Positions 35,141 to 44,396 of a stretch of 64,000 bases of DNA are shown piece after piece. This DNA comes from Candidatus Marsarchaeota archaeon. GTDB lineage: Archaea > Micrarchaeota > Micrarchaeia > Micrarchaeales > Micrarchaeaceae. Position numbers and translations under genes: made by a program. The DNA lies in assembly GCA_023485545.1 (NCBI GenBank), contig JAMCZI010000005.1:967-64966 (forward strand), in the 5' to 3' direction. The first letter of the stretch is position 1, and every line of letters starts with the position of its first letter. A model generated the notes under the pieces. It was not told the origin of the DNA and made no database searches. It was given only the letters and a program-made list of their open reading frames with translations.

Positions 35141-36526
35141 GTGATTTTGTCAGAAACCCGTGACCACAACATATCATCAATACTTTCGCGTGTCCTCTCT
35201 GAGGTAAAGCCGTCGGAGGCTGAGATAGCCCATACAACAGAAAAGGCTAACGAGCTGATGGGAAGGATAAAGGCCATCGCGCCAAAAAGCGTTGAAATAA
35301 TAATGGCAGGGTCGACCGCCAGGGGCACGCAAACGAAGGGCAATTCAGACATAGACATATTCCTCCTATTTCCCAAAGCCGCCGAGGAGAGGCCCATGGA
35401 ATTGAAAGGGCTTGCAATAGCAAAAAAGATCGTGAATAAGTCAAAAGGCGAAAAGTTTGAGATAAAGTATGCGGAGCACCCGTACCTCAAGCTTATCATG
35501 CCTGAAGACGGGATCAGTGCCGACATAGTTCCTGCGTTCAAGATAATCGATTCATCGGAAAGGGTCAGCGCTGTAGACAGGACGCAGCTGCACAACGTTT
35601 TTGTCAATTCCACATTGAGTGCGCAGCAGAAGGACGATGTGCGCCTGTTAAAGAGTTTCATGCGCTTCCACAACGTTTACGGCGCAGAAGCTAGGACGCT
35701 TGGCTTTTCCGGATACCTGTGCGAACTGCTTGTCGCGCACTTCGGATCCTTCCAAAATGTGCTCTCAGCATTTTCATCGATAAAGCTTCCAATGGTTATA
35801 CGCTTTGAGAAAAGCAGCATGTCTGCAGACGAGACTGCAAAGAAATTCAATTCGAAATTTGTTGTGGTGGACCCTACGGACAGCAACCGCAATGTGGCAG
35901 CTGTTGTCTCCGAGGATTCCCTGGCGAGATTCTCCATAGCGTCGCGCAGGTTCCTGTCCAGTCCCTCAATAGAGTACTTTTACGGCGCCAGATATTCCGA
36001 CATAGGCTCCTCTTCCAAGCTTTTAGAGCTGAAGAATGCGCTAGGCACGGAGCTGTATTCCATGTCGTTCTCATTCCCAAAGATAAGCGAGGAGATACTC
36101 TGGCAGCAGTTGTACAAGCTTGACATCTCCATTCGCAAATCGCTATCTGAGCATGGCTTTCCTATAGTTATGGCAGTTGCGGGAATAGAGGGGCGTACTG
36201 GGTCCGTTGGCTATTTTATCAACAAGTCCGTTCTCGGCAGCAGAGCGGTTAGGGGACCAGCAGCATTCATGCCCGATAATTTCGATGCATTTGCCGAGGC
36301 ACACAAGAATTCGCTCTCGTTTTTCATGGATGGCGGATTCGGCATAGCAATAGAGAAAGCAAAGTTCCGCTCACCCAAGGAGCTCCTGGAATTCCTGCTG
36401 AAGGGCGGCGGCATTAAGCTGCCCTCATACATAAAGCAGAAGGGAATCAGAATAAGCGGCGGAAAGGTGCCGGAGCGAAGCGCAAAAATACTGTATGCGA
36501 GCTACGTCCGGATGACATACATATGA
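35141..36526 (+). CDS. cca: CCA-adding enzyme (tRNA nucleotidyltransferase, archaeal class I)
   Basis: 461 aa, GTG start. GSTARGTQTKGNSDIDIFLLFP NTase motif and YAEHPYL block. Confidence 0.85.
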   Translation: MILSETRDHNISSILSRVLSEVKPSEAEIAHTTEKANELMGRIKAIAPKSVEIIMAGSTARGTQTKGNSDIDIFLLFPKAAEERPMELKGLAIAKKIVNKSKGEKFEIKYAEHPYLKLIMPEDGISADIVPAFKIIDSSERVSAVDRTQLHNVFVNSTLSAQQKDDVRLLKSFMRFHNVYGAEARTLGFSGYLCELLVAHFGSFQNVLSAFSSIKLPMVIRFEKSSMSADETAKKFNSKFVVVDPTDSNRNVAAVVSEDSLARFSIASRRFLSSPSIEYFYGARYSDIGSSSKLLELKNALGTELYSMSFSFPKISEEILWQQLYKLDISIRKSLSEHGFPIVMAVAGIEGRTGSVGYFINKSVLGSRAVRGPAAFMPDNFDAFAEAHKNSLSFFMDGGFGIAIEKAKFRSPKELLEFLLKGGGIKLPSYIKQKGIRISGGKVPERSAKILYASYVRMTYI

Positions 36527-37120
36527 TCACAATCCAAGTTCGGGATGGGACATTACGAACTTTTCAAATTCAACGCCCCTGCTTCTAACATTTGGTCTTG
36601 GCATCTTGCCTAGCTTCCCTTGCTGCGCATGCATCCTGCGCACCAACGCAATGACGCGTTTTTCATCAGTTTTCGAATATACTTCAAAGGTCTTCATTCC
36701 ATTATTCCTCGCAGTCTCGCCGCAGTAATCGGACATTTCTGCCGAAATGTTCTCCCGAATCTTGTCGCGAGGGTAGCCTCTCCTTGCCATCCTGCCATAG
36801 AGTTCTTCAAGGGAAGCCCTAACTACTATCGTGAGATCTGTATCTACTCCAATGTCCTGGAGCATGTGGCCTACGATAATAAGAGTCCCTCCATTATCCG
36901 ATTCTGCATCAAGGAATCGCTTCAGCTTACGCATGTCTGCAACATAAGACCTGTCCTTCCTGTCGTATGAGGTGTGGAATCCTGGTCGCCTGACGATATC
37001 CCCTATCTCTATGACTCTGCTTCCAGTCAGCTCATCTGCGATGATTGCCGCAAGCCTGCTCTTCCCGGAAGATGGGGTTCCTGTTATCCCTATCACTATT
37101 GCGCGGTGCAACCGCATCAC
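36527..37120 (-). CDS. Putative adenylate kinase / NTPase Fap7 (AK6-like)
   Basis: P-loop GITGTPSSGKS; later VVRASLEELYGRMARRGYPRDKIRENISAEM resembles the AK6/Fap7 LID-region block. Confidence 0.65.
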   Translation of the reverse strand: MMRLHRAIVIGITGTPSSGKSRLAAIIADELTGSRVIEIGDIVRRPGFHTSYDRKDRSYVADMRKLKRFLDAESDNGGTLIIVGHMLQDIGVDTDLTIVVRASLEELYGRMARRGYPRDKIRENISAEMSDYCGETARNNGMKTFEVYSKTDEKRVIALVRRMHAQQGKLGKMPRPNVRSRGVEFEKFVMSHPELGL

Positions 37121-37719
37121 TTCGAAAGGTAATCGAACGCCGCGTCAAGCAGGGTCTCGAGCTCTTCCCTCGCGTATTCCAGTGAGATGTACTCGCTTGT
37201 TGGTGTGTAAACGGTTACGGAATAAGCCTGTGCTCCGCTGAAGAGCCATGACCCTATGTTGTAATCCTTGTACTTGTACGATTGGTCGAATATCATCGTC
37301 GAGCTGGAGACGAGCTTCTCTATGATAGAAAGCACACCCTGGTCGACCGAATCAATGTATATCTTTGTGTCGTCGTCATCCTTCCTGTCTAGCACTATGG
37401 GCTTGGCAAGGGGCACTTTGTACTGCTTGGACTGCATAGACACGTTTTGTGCAAGCTGCTGAGTTATGGCGGAAGCCTTAGACATCCCGTCTTCTACCCT
37501 CTTCTTCTCCGGACCCATCGATTCGGCGAGCTCGTCCAAGTAGGCATCAACATCCTCCTTGATCTGCTTTATCGAATCGGCAACGCCGCTCTTCGATGCT
37601 ACGGATGATGGATCAGAAAGCAAATCCCTGAGCGATACGCCGTACTTGCTCTTCACCATCCCGTCCATGTTGCTTACTATAACGTCGGTATAATCGCTCC
37701 AAGTATTTTCCATCTGCAC
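37117..37719 (-). CDS. Hypothetical acidic protein
   Basis: 200-aa ORF overlapping the downstream Fap7-like gene by 4 nt (operon-like). No motif recognised. Confidence 0.45.
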   Translation of the reverse strand: MQMENTWSDYTDVIVSNMDGMVKSKYGVSLRDLLSDPSSVASKSGVADSIKQIKEDVDAYLDELAESMGPEKKRVEDGMSKASAITQQLAQNVSMQSKQYKVPLAKPIVLDRKDDDDTKIYIDSVDQGVLSIIEKLVSSSTMIFDQSYKYKDYNIGSWLFSGAQAYSVTVYTPTSEYISLEYAREELETLLDAAFDYLSK

Positions 37720-37777
37720 ACCTTAAATAATATAACTAACTGATAGCAAACTATAAAATAATAAGCAGGCGCTGTCC

Positions 37778-38026
37778 ATGGTTGAAGAGATACACGTCAG
37801 GATAACGAAGGATATAGAGATGTTTTACCCAAATGCATCGAAGATTCCTGCTGAAGGGCTAAGCAAGGCTGAGCTGCACGTTTTCGAGTTGTCGAAGATG
37901 TACGCAAGCGATGCAAAGAGCTATCTGGACAAGGGCGACCTCTACACCTCTTTCTCCTGCATATCCTACGCCCACGGGCTGCTTGACGCGCTGAGGGAGA
38001 TTTTGGATGGAAGGAACGTACACTGA
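37778..38026 (+). CDS. Small conserved archaeal protein, possibly DUF357-like
   Basis: 82 aa. A TATAAAAT box at 37753..37760 lies upstream. SYAHGLLDAL resembles DUF357 proteins (from memory; weak). Confidence 0.4.
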   Translation: MVEEIHVRITKDIEMFYPNASKIPAEGLSKAELHVFELSKMYASDAKSYLDKGDLYTSFSCISYAHGLLDALREILDGRNVH

Positions 38027-39122
38027 GGGCTTCGCAAAGGTGAATGCGGGGAATGCATTCATAAACCCGCTCGCAAAGCTGAACAGGGATATTGGCATAG
38101 CGATAGTGGGCCCAAAAAAACGCGGGAAAGGGCTTAAGATGCTGGACGCAACCGCTGCCACAGGAATACGCGGCATAAGGTATCTAATCGAATCTGCAGT
38201 GGACGATTGCACCTTCCTAGAAATAAATGAAGACGTTTTCAGCCAGCTAGGGGCAAACATAAAATCAAACGGAGTAAAGGCAGCAGCCCTGAATACGAGC
38301 ATACAGGAATTCTGCAGCTCAACACGCGAACGTTTTGACCTCGTTGAGCTTGACCCATTCGGGGGGATATACCCGTATGTGTTCGACGTGGCCAAGGTGC
38401 TGCGTGGTGGCTCCTACTTCTTCGCCACCGCAACAGACGCGGCTGTCCTCTGCGGCGCGCAGAAAAACGCGTGCCTCAAGCTATATTCTGCAAAGCCGAT
38501 GCACAACAAGCTATGCCACGAAACAGGGCTCAGGATAATGATAGGGTATATGGCAAGGATGCTTGCGCAGTTCAATTTCGGCATCGATGTTTTGCTCGGC
38601 ATGTTCCACGACCATTACATGCGTGTTTATGCAAGGATTGAAAGCGGCGCAGCAGCCGCAACAAAAAGCATAGGGGAGCTCGGCTTCGCGTTCTACTGCG
38701 ACAGCTGCGGCGCGATAACCTCATCAAAAGGGCTTGTGCCAGTGCATGCAGAATGCCATGAATGCGGCTCAAAGATGAGAGCTTCAGGGCCTCTCTGGCT
38801 CGGCAGGCTGAAGAGCGATGCTGCAATCGAAGCTGTGTCTGCATATGCATCAAAGAGCGGCGACAGGCATCTGAAGTCAGTGTCGCAGTTGCTATCATCA
38901 GAGCTCGACATCCCGCTTTTCTACCATATACCTTCCTTCACCAAGAAGCTCGGCATAACAGGGGTAAGCCCTGATGCTGTCATCGAATCCTTGGTAATGC
39001 GTGGGCTCTCCGCATCGCACACCCATTTCGACCCAAACGGCATCAAAAGCAGTGCTACGGCTGCCGACGTCACAGCAGCAATAAAGGGATGTGCAGCCGG
39101 TAGCGGATCCGCGATGCATTGA
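38007..39122 (+). CDS. trm1: tRNA (guanine26-N2)-dimethyltransferase
   Basis: LDATAATGIRGIRY, ELDPFG, ATDAAVLCG, HETGLRIMIGY and a Cys4 insert CDSCG...CHECG. Confidence 0.85.
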   Translation: MEGTYTEGFAKVNAGNAFINPLAKLNRDIGIAIVGPKKRGKGLKMLDATAATGIRGIRYLIESAVDDCTFLEINEDVFSQLGANIKSNGVKAAALNTSIQEFCSSTRERFDLVELDPFGGIYPYVFDVAKVLRGGSYFFATATDAAVLCGAQKNACLKLYSAKPMHNKLCHETGLRIMIGYMARMLAQFNFGIDVLLGMFHDHYMRVYARIESGAAAATKSIGELGFAFYCDSCGAITSSKGLVPVHAECHECGSKMRASGPLWLGRLKSDAAIEAVSAYASKSGDRHLKSVSQLLSSELDIPLFYHIPSFTKKLGITGVSPDAVIESLVMRGLSASHTHFDPNGIKSSATAADVTAAIKGCAAGSGSAMH

Positions 39123-39217
39123 CTTTCCATCCCTTCAATTTCCTTAAATCGCCAATCGTTCATTGGCAGGAAAGGCTTAAATATGTTGAAAAAAAATTTA
39201 TAAACGGGTGAAGGGGC

Positions 39218-39523
39218 ATGAGTGGGGAAGAACTCAAAGCTATTATGGGCAGCCAGAGCGCTGTCCAAGACAGAAGGGAAGGATACGCCTGCCTCAAGTG
39301 CGGCAGGAAGATAGGCAAGAGCGAAATCAAGGTAGCGGTCTCGCCTATAGAGTTCCCTGGAAGCGCCGACGCAAGAAGGCGGGTGGTGTGTGCAGAGTGC
39401 TTCAGGAAAGCAGCTTCTACATACGCGCGCAGGAGCGTCTCAAAAAGGCACAACTCCCATGCTAGCATGCGCTTGATTCAAAAGGTGCACATGCACAGCA
39501 GCCTGAGATTGGCATATAGCTGA
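39218..39523 (+). CDS. Small zinc-ribbon protein (hypothetical)
   Basis: 101 aa with CLKCG...CAEC. A TTTATAAA box lies at 39196..39203. Preferred over the antisense ORF 39160..39468, which has shadow-like composition. Confidence 0.4.
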   Translation: MSGEELKAIMGSQSAVQDRREGYACLKCGRKIGKSEIKVAVSPIEFPGSADARRRVVCAECFRKAASTYARRSVSKRHNSHASMRLIQKVHMHSSLRLAYS

Positions 39524-39705
39524 AATAATGCCGAAAGCCTGGCTATAGCCAGCCCTAGGATTCCCCACCGCAGTTTGCTCCTTCTTTGAATATGCTGATT
39601 TTCACAAAGCCTAAAAGCTAACTTTGACGAAGCCGCCAAAATCTGATTTTTCCCACAGCGCCAAAAGCGTATAAACATTTCCATTGATATGGAATACAAT
39701 TTCTC

Positions 39706-40593
39706 GTGGGTGAAACAATGAGAAAAGAAGCAAAGATAGGAATCATGGCAGCCGCAGCCCTTTTTTCAATATTACTCGTGCCTATGTTCGCATATGCACA
39801 AATCGGCCCTGCACTGCACCTGCAGCAACACATACCTGGACCGGCAGGCCCAGCAATGTACTCGTTCAACCTTACGGAGTTCGACAACGACTTCCTGTGG
39901 ACTGCGCAGAATGCATTCTACGCTCCGGCAGTTCCGTTCGGCAACTGGTCTGCAACGCCTCAGGGCTGCTATACGTATGCAGTCGCTAACACAGGCATAT
40001 GCACGACTCCGGGCAACAGCTACGCCAACTTAGGTGGATCGCAGGACCTTGGCACGATAATTGTGACTCCTGGAGGGCTGCAGACATCGCTTTACGGCTA
40101 TCCAAACGACACCGTAGGCAATCATCTGGTGTTCTCAAGGACAGGCACCACATATACACTGATGCCCACAGCAGTGAGCTATCCGGTAGGCAACTTTACT
40201 GTGTCTGAGATATGGGAGGGATACCTGAACTTCGGTAACATGCCGCCGAGCGAGCAGAACTTCAGCTCTGGAGAGCTGTACCAGTGGGTGGTCATAAAGG
40301 CGCCTAGCAACGACTGCAACGTGCTTGCTGCATACCCTGATGCAGTGTTCGTAGGGCCGAGCCTCAACGCATGGCTCATAGGCTTCAACGTGTACGACAT
40401 GGCGCACGGGATAATATCAAAGAGCTACTTCACCATGCCGTTCCCGGCGGTGAATGGAAGCTTGACCATGTTCCCAACGCCAACCCCGCCACTGCCTGCA
40501 ATGCCTCCGGCAAGGCTGATGCCTCCTGGGCAGCCTAACGGAAACATGCCAGGATCGTGCTCACAGAGCACCACTGTAGTATCTGTGCAGTAG
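39706..40593 (+). CDS. Secreted protein with Sec-type signal peptide and Pro-rich C-terminus (unknown function)
   Basis: N-terminus MRKEAKIGIMAAAALFSILLVPMFAYAQ; C-terminal PTPTPPLPAMPPARLMPPGQP. Confidence 0.55.
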   Translation: MGETMRKEAKIGIMAAAALFSILLVPMFAYAQIGPALHLQQHIPGPAGPAMYSFNLTEFDNDFLWTAQNAFYAPAVPFGNWSATPQGCYTYAVANTGICTTPGNSYANLGGSQDLGTIIVTPGGLQTSLYGYPNDTVGNHLVFSRTGTTYTLMPTAVSYPVGNFTVSEIWEGYLNFGNMPPSEQNFSSGELYQWVVIKAPSNDCNVLAAYPDAVFVGPSLNAWLIGFNVYDMAHGIISKSYFTMPFPAVNGSLTMFPTPTPPLPAMPPARLMPPGQPNGNMPGSCSQSTTVVSVQ

Positions 40594-40610
40594 AACAGAG
40601 GATTCGAAGA

Positions 40611-40643
40611 GCGGCAGGGAGACCCTGCCGCTTTTTTTCTTTT
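40611..40643 (+). terminator. GC-rich hairpin followed by T-tract
   Basis: GCGGCAGGG-AGA-CCCTGCCGC (9-bp perfect stem, 40611..40631) followed by TTTTTTTCTTTT. It sits between convergent genes. Confidence 0.6.
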
Positions 40644-41277
40644 ACCTTACAACCTTGAATCCCATCTTAGAGCCCATGTTCTGCTTGTATCCGAGATGTA
40701 TGTTCAGCATGCCGAGAGCCTCAAGGTATCTCGCCGCTTCCAGCTTTCCTGCGTCTATAACGTCGAAGCCTATCTTCTCGCCGAACTCCCTCACGGTCTT
40801 CTTTGCGTCGTCGGAATCGGATGCGATGAACAGGCCGAGCTTCTCGCCGTTTATGCTCCCGACAGCCATGTGCTCAGCAAAAACTGTGTTGAACGCCTTG
40901 ACCACGTTAGCGCCCTTCATCTCCTTGGCCATCTCCTCTGCAGAGGAGGTCTTGAACCCTACCGCCCAGTCCATGTTCTTGCCGAGCGGGTTGGTGACGT
41001 CGACAACGGTCTTGCCCTTGAAGCTGTCCTTTCCAGCTTCCTTTATGGCGTCCTTTACGGCGCTGTAAGGCACTGCCATTATCACAACGTCCGCTTCTGC
41101 TGCTGCCTCCTTCGGTGTCGCAGCCCTCGTGCCCTGCGGCACCTTCGCCTGCTGCGGGTTCCTTGACCCGTATATAACCTCATAGCCTTTCGACGCAAGC
41201 GCACCGCCTATCGCCGATCCGACCTTTCCTGTGCCTATTATGCCAACTTTCATTTTTTCACCATAATAATAGCTCAA
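40642..41277 (-). CDS. NADPH-dependent F420 reductase-like oxidoreductase (NpdG family)
   Basis: Rossmann motif KVGIIGTGKVGSAIG, about 210 aa. The likely start is the internal MKVGII at 41253. Confidence 0.65.
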   Translation of the reverse strand: MSYYYGEKMKVGIIGTGKVGSAIGGALASKGYEVIYGSRNPQQAKVPQGTRAATPKEAAAEADVVIMAVPYSAVKDAIKEAGKDSFKGKTVVDVTNPLGKNMDWAVGFKTSSAEEMAKEMKGANVVKAFNTVFAEHMAVGSINGEKLGLFIASDSDDAKKTVREFGEKIGFDVIDAGKLEAARYLEALGMLNIHLGYKQNMGSKMGFKVVR

Positions 41278-41468
41278 TCAAAATTCTTATGGATTTGTCA
41301 AAAAGTGCGTTATCGCCGTAATAAATACGTCGTAAATACGTCGCCGTCAAGGCGTGTTGCTGGCTTAGAAACATTTAAATATTACCTAATGCTGATACAT
41401 TTACTGTGATATAATTACCTCGCCCCTGCAAAATATTATAATAATAGCAACTACAAAGATAGCAGTGT

Positions 41469-41566
41469 GCAGGGATGGCAGAGCCTGGTCAAATGCGACG
41501 GACTCAAGATCCGTTGACCTAGGTCTACGGGAGTTCAAAACCTGTGAACAAATCTCCCTCCCTGCA
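41469..41566 (+). tRNA. tRNA-Leu (anticodon CAA) with 13-nt non-canonical intron in the T-loop
   Basis: GCAGGGA TG GCA GAGCCTGGTCAAA TGC G ACGGA CTCAAGA TCCGT TGACCTAGGTCTAC GGGAG [20 nt] CTCCC TCCCTGC A. Removing 13 nt between the A-runs (about 41539..41551) restores a canonical TTCAAAT T-loop. A BHB-like fold is possible (see findings). Confidence 0.8.
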
Positions 41567-41599
41567 TATATTACGTTTACCATATTAGGGTGTTAAGAA

Positions 41600-42259
41600 A
41601 TGTCAAACAATGTGAAGCGCGACCAGAAGAAGGTAAAGGATTCAAAGATATACGAGATACCAAACTACGCACAGAGCGAGGAATTTACCAGCGCAGCAGC
41701 GTGTGCGATGATGCTTCTCAAGTACGTCAAGAAGGGATACAAGATGACGAAGGAGAACGAGTTTGCCATATGGGAGGAGGCGGTGCGCGGAAGCGTATGG
41801 CACGGCTCCAGATACGGCATAGCTTATGCCCTGGCCAAGAGGGGCGTGAATCCGCAGATAATAACAACTGCCAAGGATGAGGGCTACGAGAAGAGGCTTG
41901 CAGTCCTTGAAGGCATAAACCTGGACGCGCTCAAGGCGTCCTTCACCGAGATAAAGGACAAGGCAAAGGACATGTCGATAAAGGAGAGCTACGGCCTCGC
42001 CACCATAAACACGATAAAGAAGCAGCTCACGAGCAACAAGGTGCCAATGGTCGTGGTGAACGCAAACGCGATAAACTCGTATCTCGAATCATCTCCGCAC
42101 TGGGTCGTGGTAAAGGGGTACGACAAGGAGTTCTTCTACATAAATGATCCGTACTCGGACAGCACCATAACGATGGAGCCAGAGCAGTTCAAGCAGGCTC
42201 TGGGCTACGAGGGCGAGCACCACATGATAGTGATAAGCGCATCTGCAAAGAATAAATAA
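41600..42259 (+). CDS. Peptidase C39-like (papain-fold cysteine peptidase) domain protein
   Basis: Candidate catalytic residues: Cys in SAAACAMMLLKY, His in SSPHWVVVKGYD, and Asp/Asn in YINDPY. Confidence 0.55.
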   Translation: MSNNVKRDQKKVKDSKIYEIPNYAQSEEFTSAAACAMMLLKYVKKGYKMTKENEFAIWEEAVRGSVWHGSRYGIAYALAKRGVNPQIITTAKDEGYEKRLAVLEGINLDALKASFTEIKDKAKDMSIKESYGLATINTIKKQLTSNKVPMVVVNANAINSYLESSPHWVVVKGYDKEFFYINDPYSDSTITMEPEQFKQALGYEGEHHMIVISASAKNK

Positions 42260-43513
42260 ATGCAGCCCCAAGCCTTATCATCGGGGCTGCATACAATGCG
42301 CATACTCATAATGGAAAGCGGTTCCTTCAAGACCATAGGAGGCGCTGCGAAGGACACATACCGCCTTTTCAGGTACCTTAAAAGCAGCCTTAAGGGAGCG
42401 CGCATAGACCTTTATGCCGATTTTTCTAAATTTACCGGGGAGAAGCTTGGCTATGTAACCAAGGAAGCGCTATTCAAAAGGAAGTACGATGTAGTGTTGC
42501 TGAACTCGATAAGGGATTCTTCAATCGCCGGAGAATACATAAGCAAAACGGGGAACCGCCCTTTCACTATCTACACCGACAGGGGCGACATAATCACTGC
42601 ATATTCAAAGAGCCCCGTAAAGCGGTTCGCATCGCTATATGGCGGGATCCCGCTATTCAGCTCCAATATAGAGCTTATAGAGCGCAAGGTATCTCGCGTC
42701 CAGAGCTCAAATGCGGCGCAGCTGAAGAAGGTCCGGAATTTCTTCTCGAAGTCATACGCGCTGTACATGTTCAGGTCTATGCGCTTATGGCTCGACTGCT
42801 ACGTAGCTACCACCCCTATCCAAGCCAGGCTTGCCGAGGCGTTCTTTGCCAATGCTGGCGTAAGGATAGAATATATGCCGCGCGCTCCACACGAGCAGTT
42901 TAGGCGCCTCGGAGCAAGGAAAAGCTTCCGCGGCGGGCTATTTGTCGGGCGCCTTGAGGAATCGCAGAAGAATGTATCCTTCATGATACGCGGCGTAGCG
43001 CAAGTCCTTAAATCCAGGCCAGACCTTTCAAAAGCAGACCTCCTTCACATAGTTGGAGAAGGGCCGGATAGGGAGGCGTACGCTTTGCTGGTGCGCAGGC
43101 TCGGCCTGGCGCGCAATGTGGAATTCTCCGGCTTCAAGGGCGACGACAAGCTTCCGGGCATATACAACAATGCCGGGTTCTTCGTAGCGACATCTAACTG
43201 GGAGTCGCCCGGCAGGGCAATAATGGAAGCCATGGCATGCGGCATACCAATACTAATGCGCGACAGGATAAATTCGCCCATACGCACCAAGCCGTTGAGG
43301 ATGCTTGTTGAGGACGGGAAGAGCGGCCTTATCTATCACGACATGAAGGATTTCGTGCCGAAGTTCATACGCATGTACGAAGACAGGGAGCGCTCTGAGG
43401 CGATGGGAAGATACGCAAGCAGATACATAGGAAAGGAGCTCAGCCTGGGGCGGCTTTATAAGTCCTACTTGAAGCTAATACTTTCTCGCACAGCAAGGAT
43501 GGAATCCAGATAA
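42260..43513 (+). CDS. Glycosyltransferase, GT4/group 1 family
   Basis: Starts 1 nt after the C39-like gene stop. NWESPGRAIMEAMACGIPIL E-x7-E context. Confidence 0.75.
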   Translation: MQPQALSSGLHTMRILIMESGSFKTIGGAAKDTYRLFRYLKSSLKGARIDLYADFSKFTGEKLGYVTKEALFKRKYDVVLLNSIRDSSIAGEYISKTGNRPFTIYTDRGDIITAYSKSPVKRFASLYGGIPLFSSNIELIERKVSRVQSSNAAQLKKVRNFFSKSYALYMFRSMRLWLDCYVATTPIQARLAEAFFANAGVRIEYMPRAPHEQFRRLGARKSFRGGLFVGRLEESQKNVSFMIRGVAQVLKSRPDLSKADLLHIVGEGPDREAYALLVRRLGLARNVEFSGFKGDDKLPGIYNNAGFFVATSNWESPGRAIMEAMACGIPILMRDRINSPIRTKPLRMLVEDGKSGLIYHDMKDFVPKFIRMYEDRERSEAMGRYASRYIGKELSLGRLYKSYLKLILSRTARMESR

Positions 43514-43516
43514 TGC

Positions 43517-44284
43517 TCATGTAAGGCCGAGTGCGCTGCCGCCCGGCAGTGCGCTGTACGGTATGGGTATCCAGCTGTACGCCGCCGCCTCAGTGGAGCT
43601 AAGGCTCGACGGATAGGCGGATTCTGTGGAAGGCAGGCCTGAAATCGGTATGTGTGCCAGCCCCGAAGAGAGCGAGAGCAGCACCGGAACCGCCAGCAAT
43701 ACTATGATGAAGCCTGCAACGAAAGACATTATAACCATGCTCATTACCACGCTTTCAACGCTCGTGCCGTGCAGCTTCGCCAGCGCCGCTACAAGAATCA
43801 CAAAGCCCCAGAATATGCCTATGAGCTTGGCAAGCGTTCCTACTACTGGTATCTCAAAGCTCCAGGACAGCGCGACGAGCGGCATGAAGCTGTAAACCAC
43901 CGCACTTGCTGTATTGCTGAATCCTCCCTTGAACCTGCGCATGAGCCCGTATCCTACCACATGGTAAAAGAACGCTTCGAACAGTATCATGGCTGGTATC
44001 AGGACAAGCATGGTAAGGATATCGAAAGCGAGCTCGTATGCTGCGCTGAAAGGCGCCGAAGTCACGCCGAGCTGGCTTCCCGGAAATCCCCCTATTCCAG
44101 ACGAGGAATACTGCGCGATCGAGCTCCCGAAAAGAAGCAGTATCGCAGCCGATACTATTATCGGCACCACTGTAGATTTGTAGTAGAACCCGAAAGCCTT
44201 CTTGGCTGAAAGCCCGTGTGAAATCGAATCCTCGTCGTACAGCGAAATCCTGACAGCCTTTATGAAGTCGCTTATGAAAATCAT
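43517..44284 (-). CDS. Yip1-domain-like multi-pass membrane protein
   Basis: 255 aa. The N-terminal FISDFIKAVRISLYDEDSI... is followed by five hydrophobic helices and a Ser/Ala-rich tail. Family call is tentative. Confidence 0.45.
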   Translation of the reverse strand: MIFISDFIKAVRISLYDEDSISHGLSAKKAFGFYYKSTVVPIIVSAAILLLFGSSIAQYSSSGIGGFPGSQLGVTSAPFSAAYELAFDILTMLVLIPAMILFEAFFYHVVGYGLMRRFKGGFSNTASAVVYSFMPLVALSWSFEIPVVGTLAKLIGIFWGFVILVAALAKLHGTSVESVVMSMVIMSFVAGFIIVLLAVPVLLSLSSGLAHIPISGLPSTESAYPSSLSSTEAAAYSWIPIPYSALPGGSALGLT

Positions 44285-44396
44285 CAGTCACACCGCATCG
44301 CGTTTGCCGATGAACTGGCATCTCCCCCAAAGCATAAAAATATTGCCCGCACCAACTGCATGTGCGACTTTTTGCTGGTTTCAGACACGTTTTTAA

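Noticed and set aside
39160-39468. Minus-strand 102-aa ORF and plus-strand 85-aa ORF (39208..39465) competing with 39218..39523
   Set aside because: Both have shadow-like or Arg/Gln-rich low-complexity translations. The chosen frame alone gives paired CxxC motifs.
39539-39552. Perfect 14-nt palindrome CTGGCTATAGCCAG just after the small zinc-ribbon ORF
   Set aside because: It has no loop and no following T-tract, so it cannot be supported as a terminator or binding site from sequence alone.
39560-39650. Possible C/D box sRNA
   Set aside because: A C-prime-like TTGACGA (39624..39630), a 12-nt spacer and CTGA (39643..39646) have correct spacing, and a second CTGA lies at 39595..39598. However, no acceptable C box (RUGAUGA) lies upstream, the C-prime-like box matches only 5 of 7 positions, and no terminal stem is evident.
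41401-41583. Track ORFs overlapping tRNA genes (2989..3201, 41401..41583, 48507..48698, 61319..61510, 61282..61464)
   Set aside because: Each covers a sequence that folds into a complete tRNA cloverleaf, so protein coding is not credible there.
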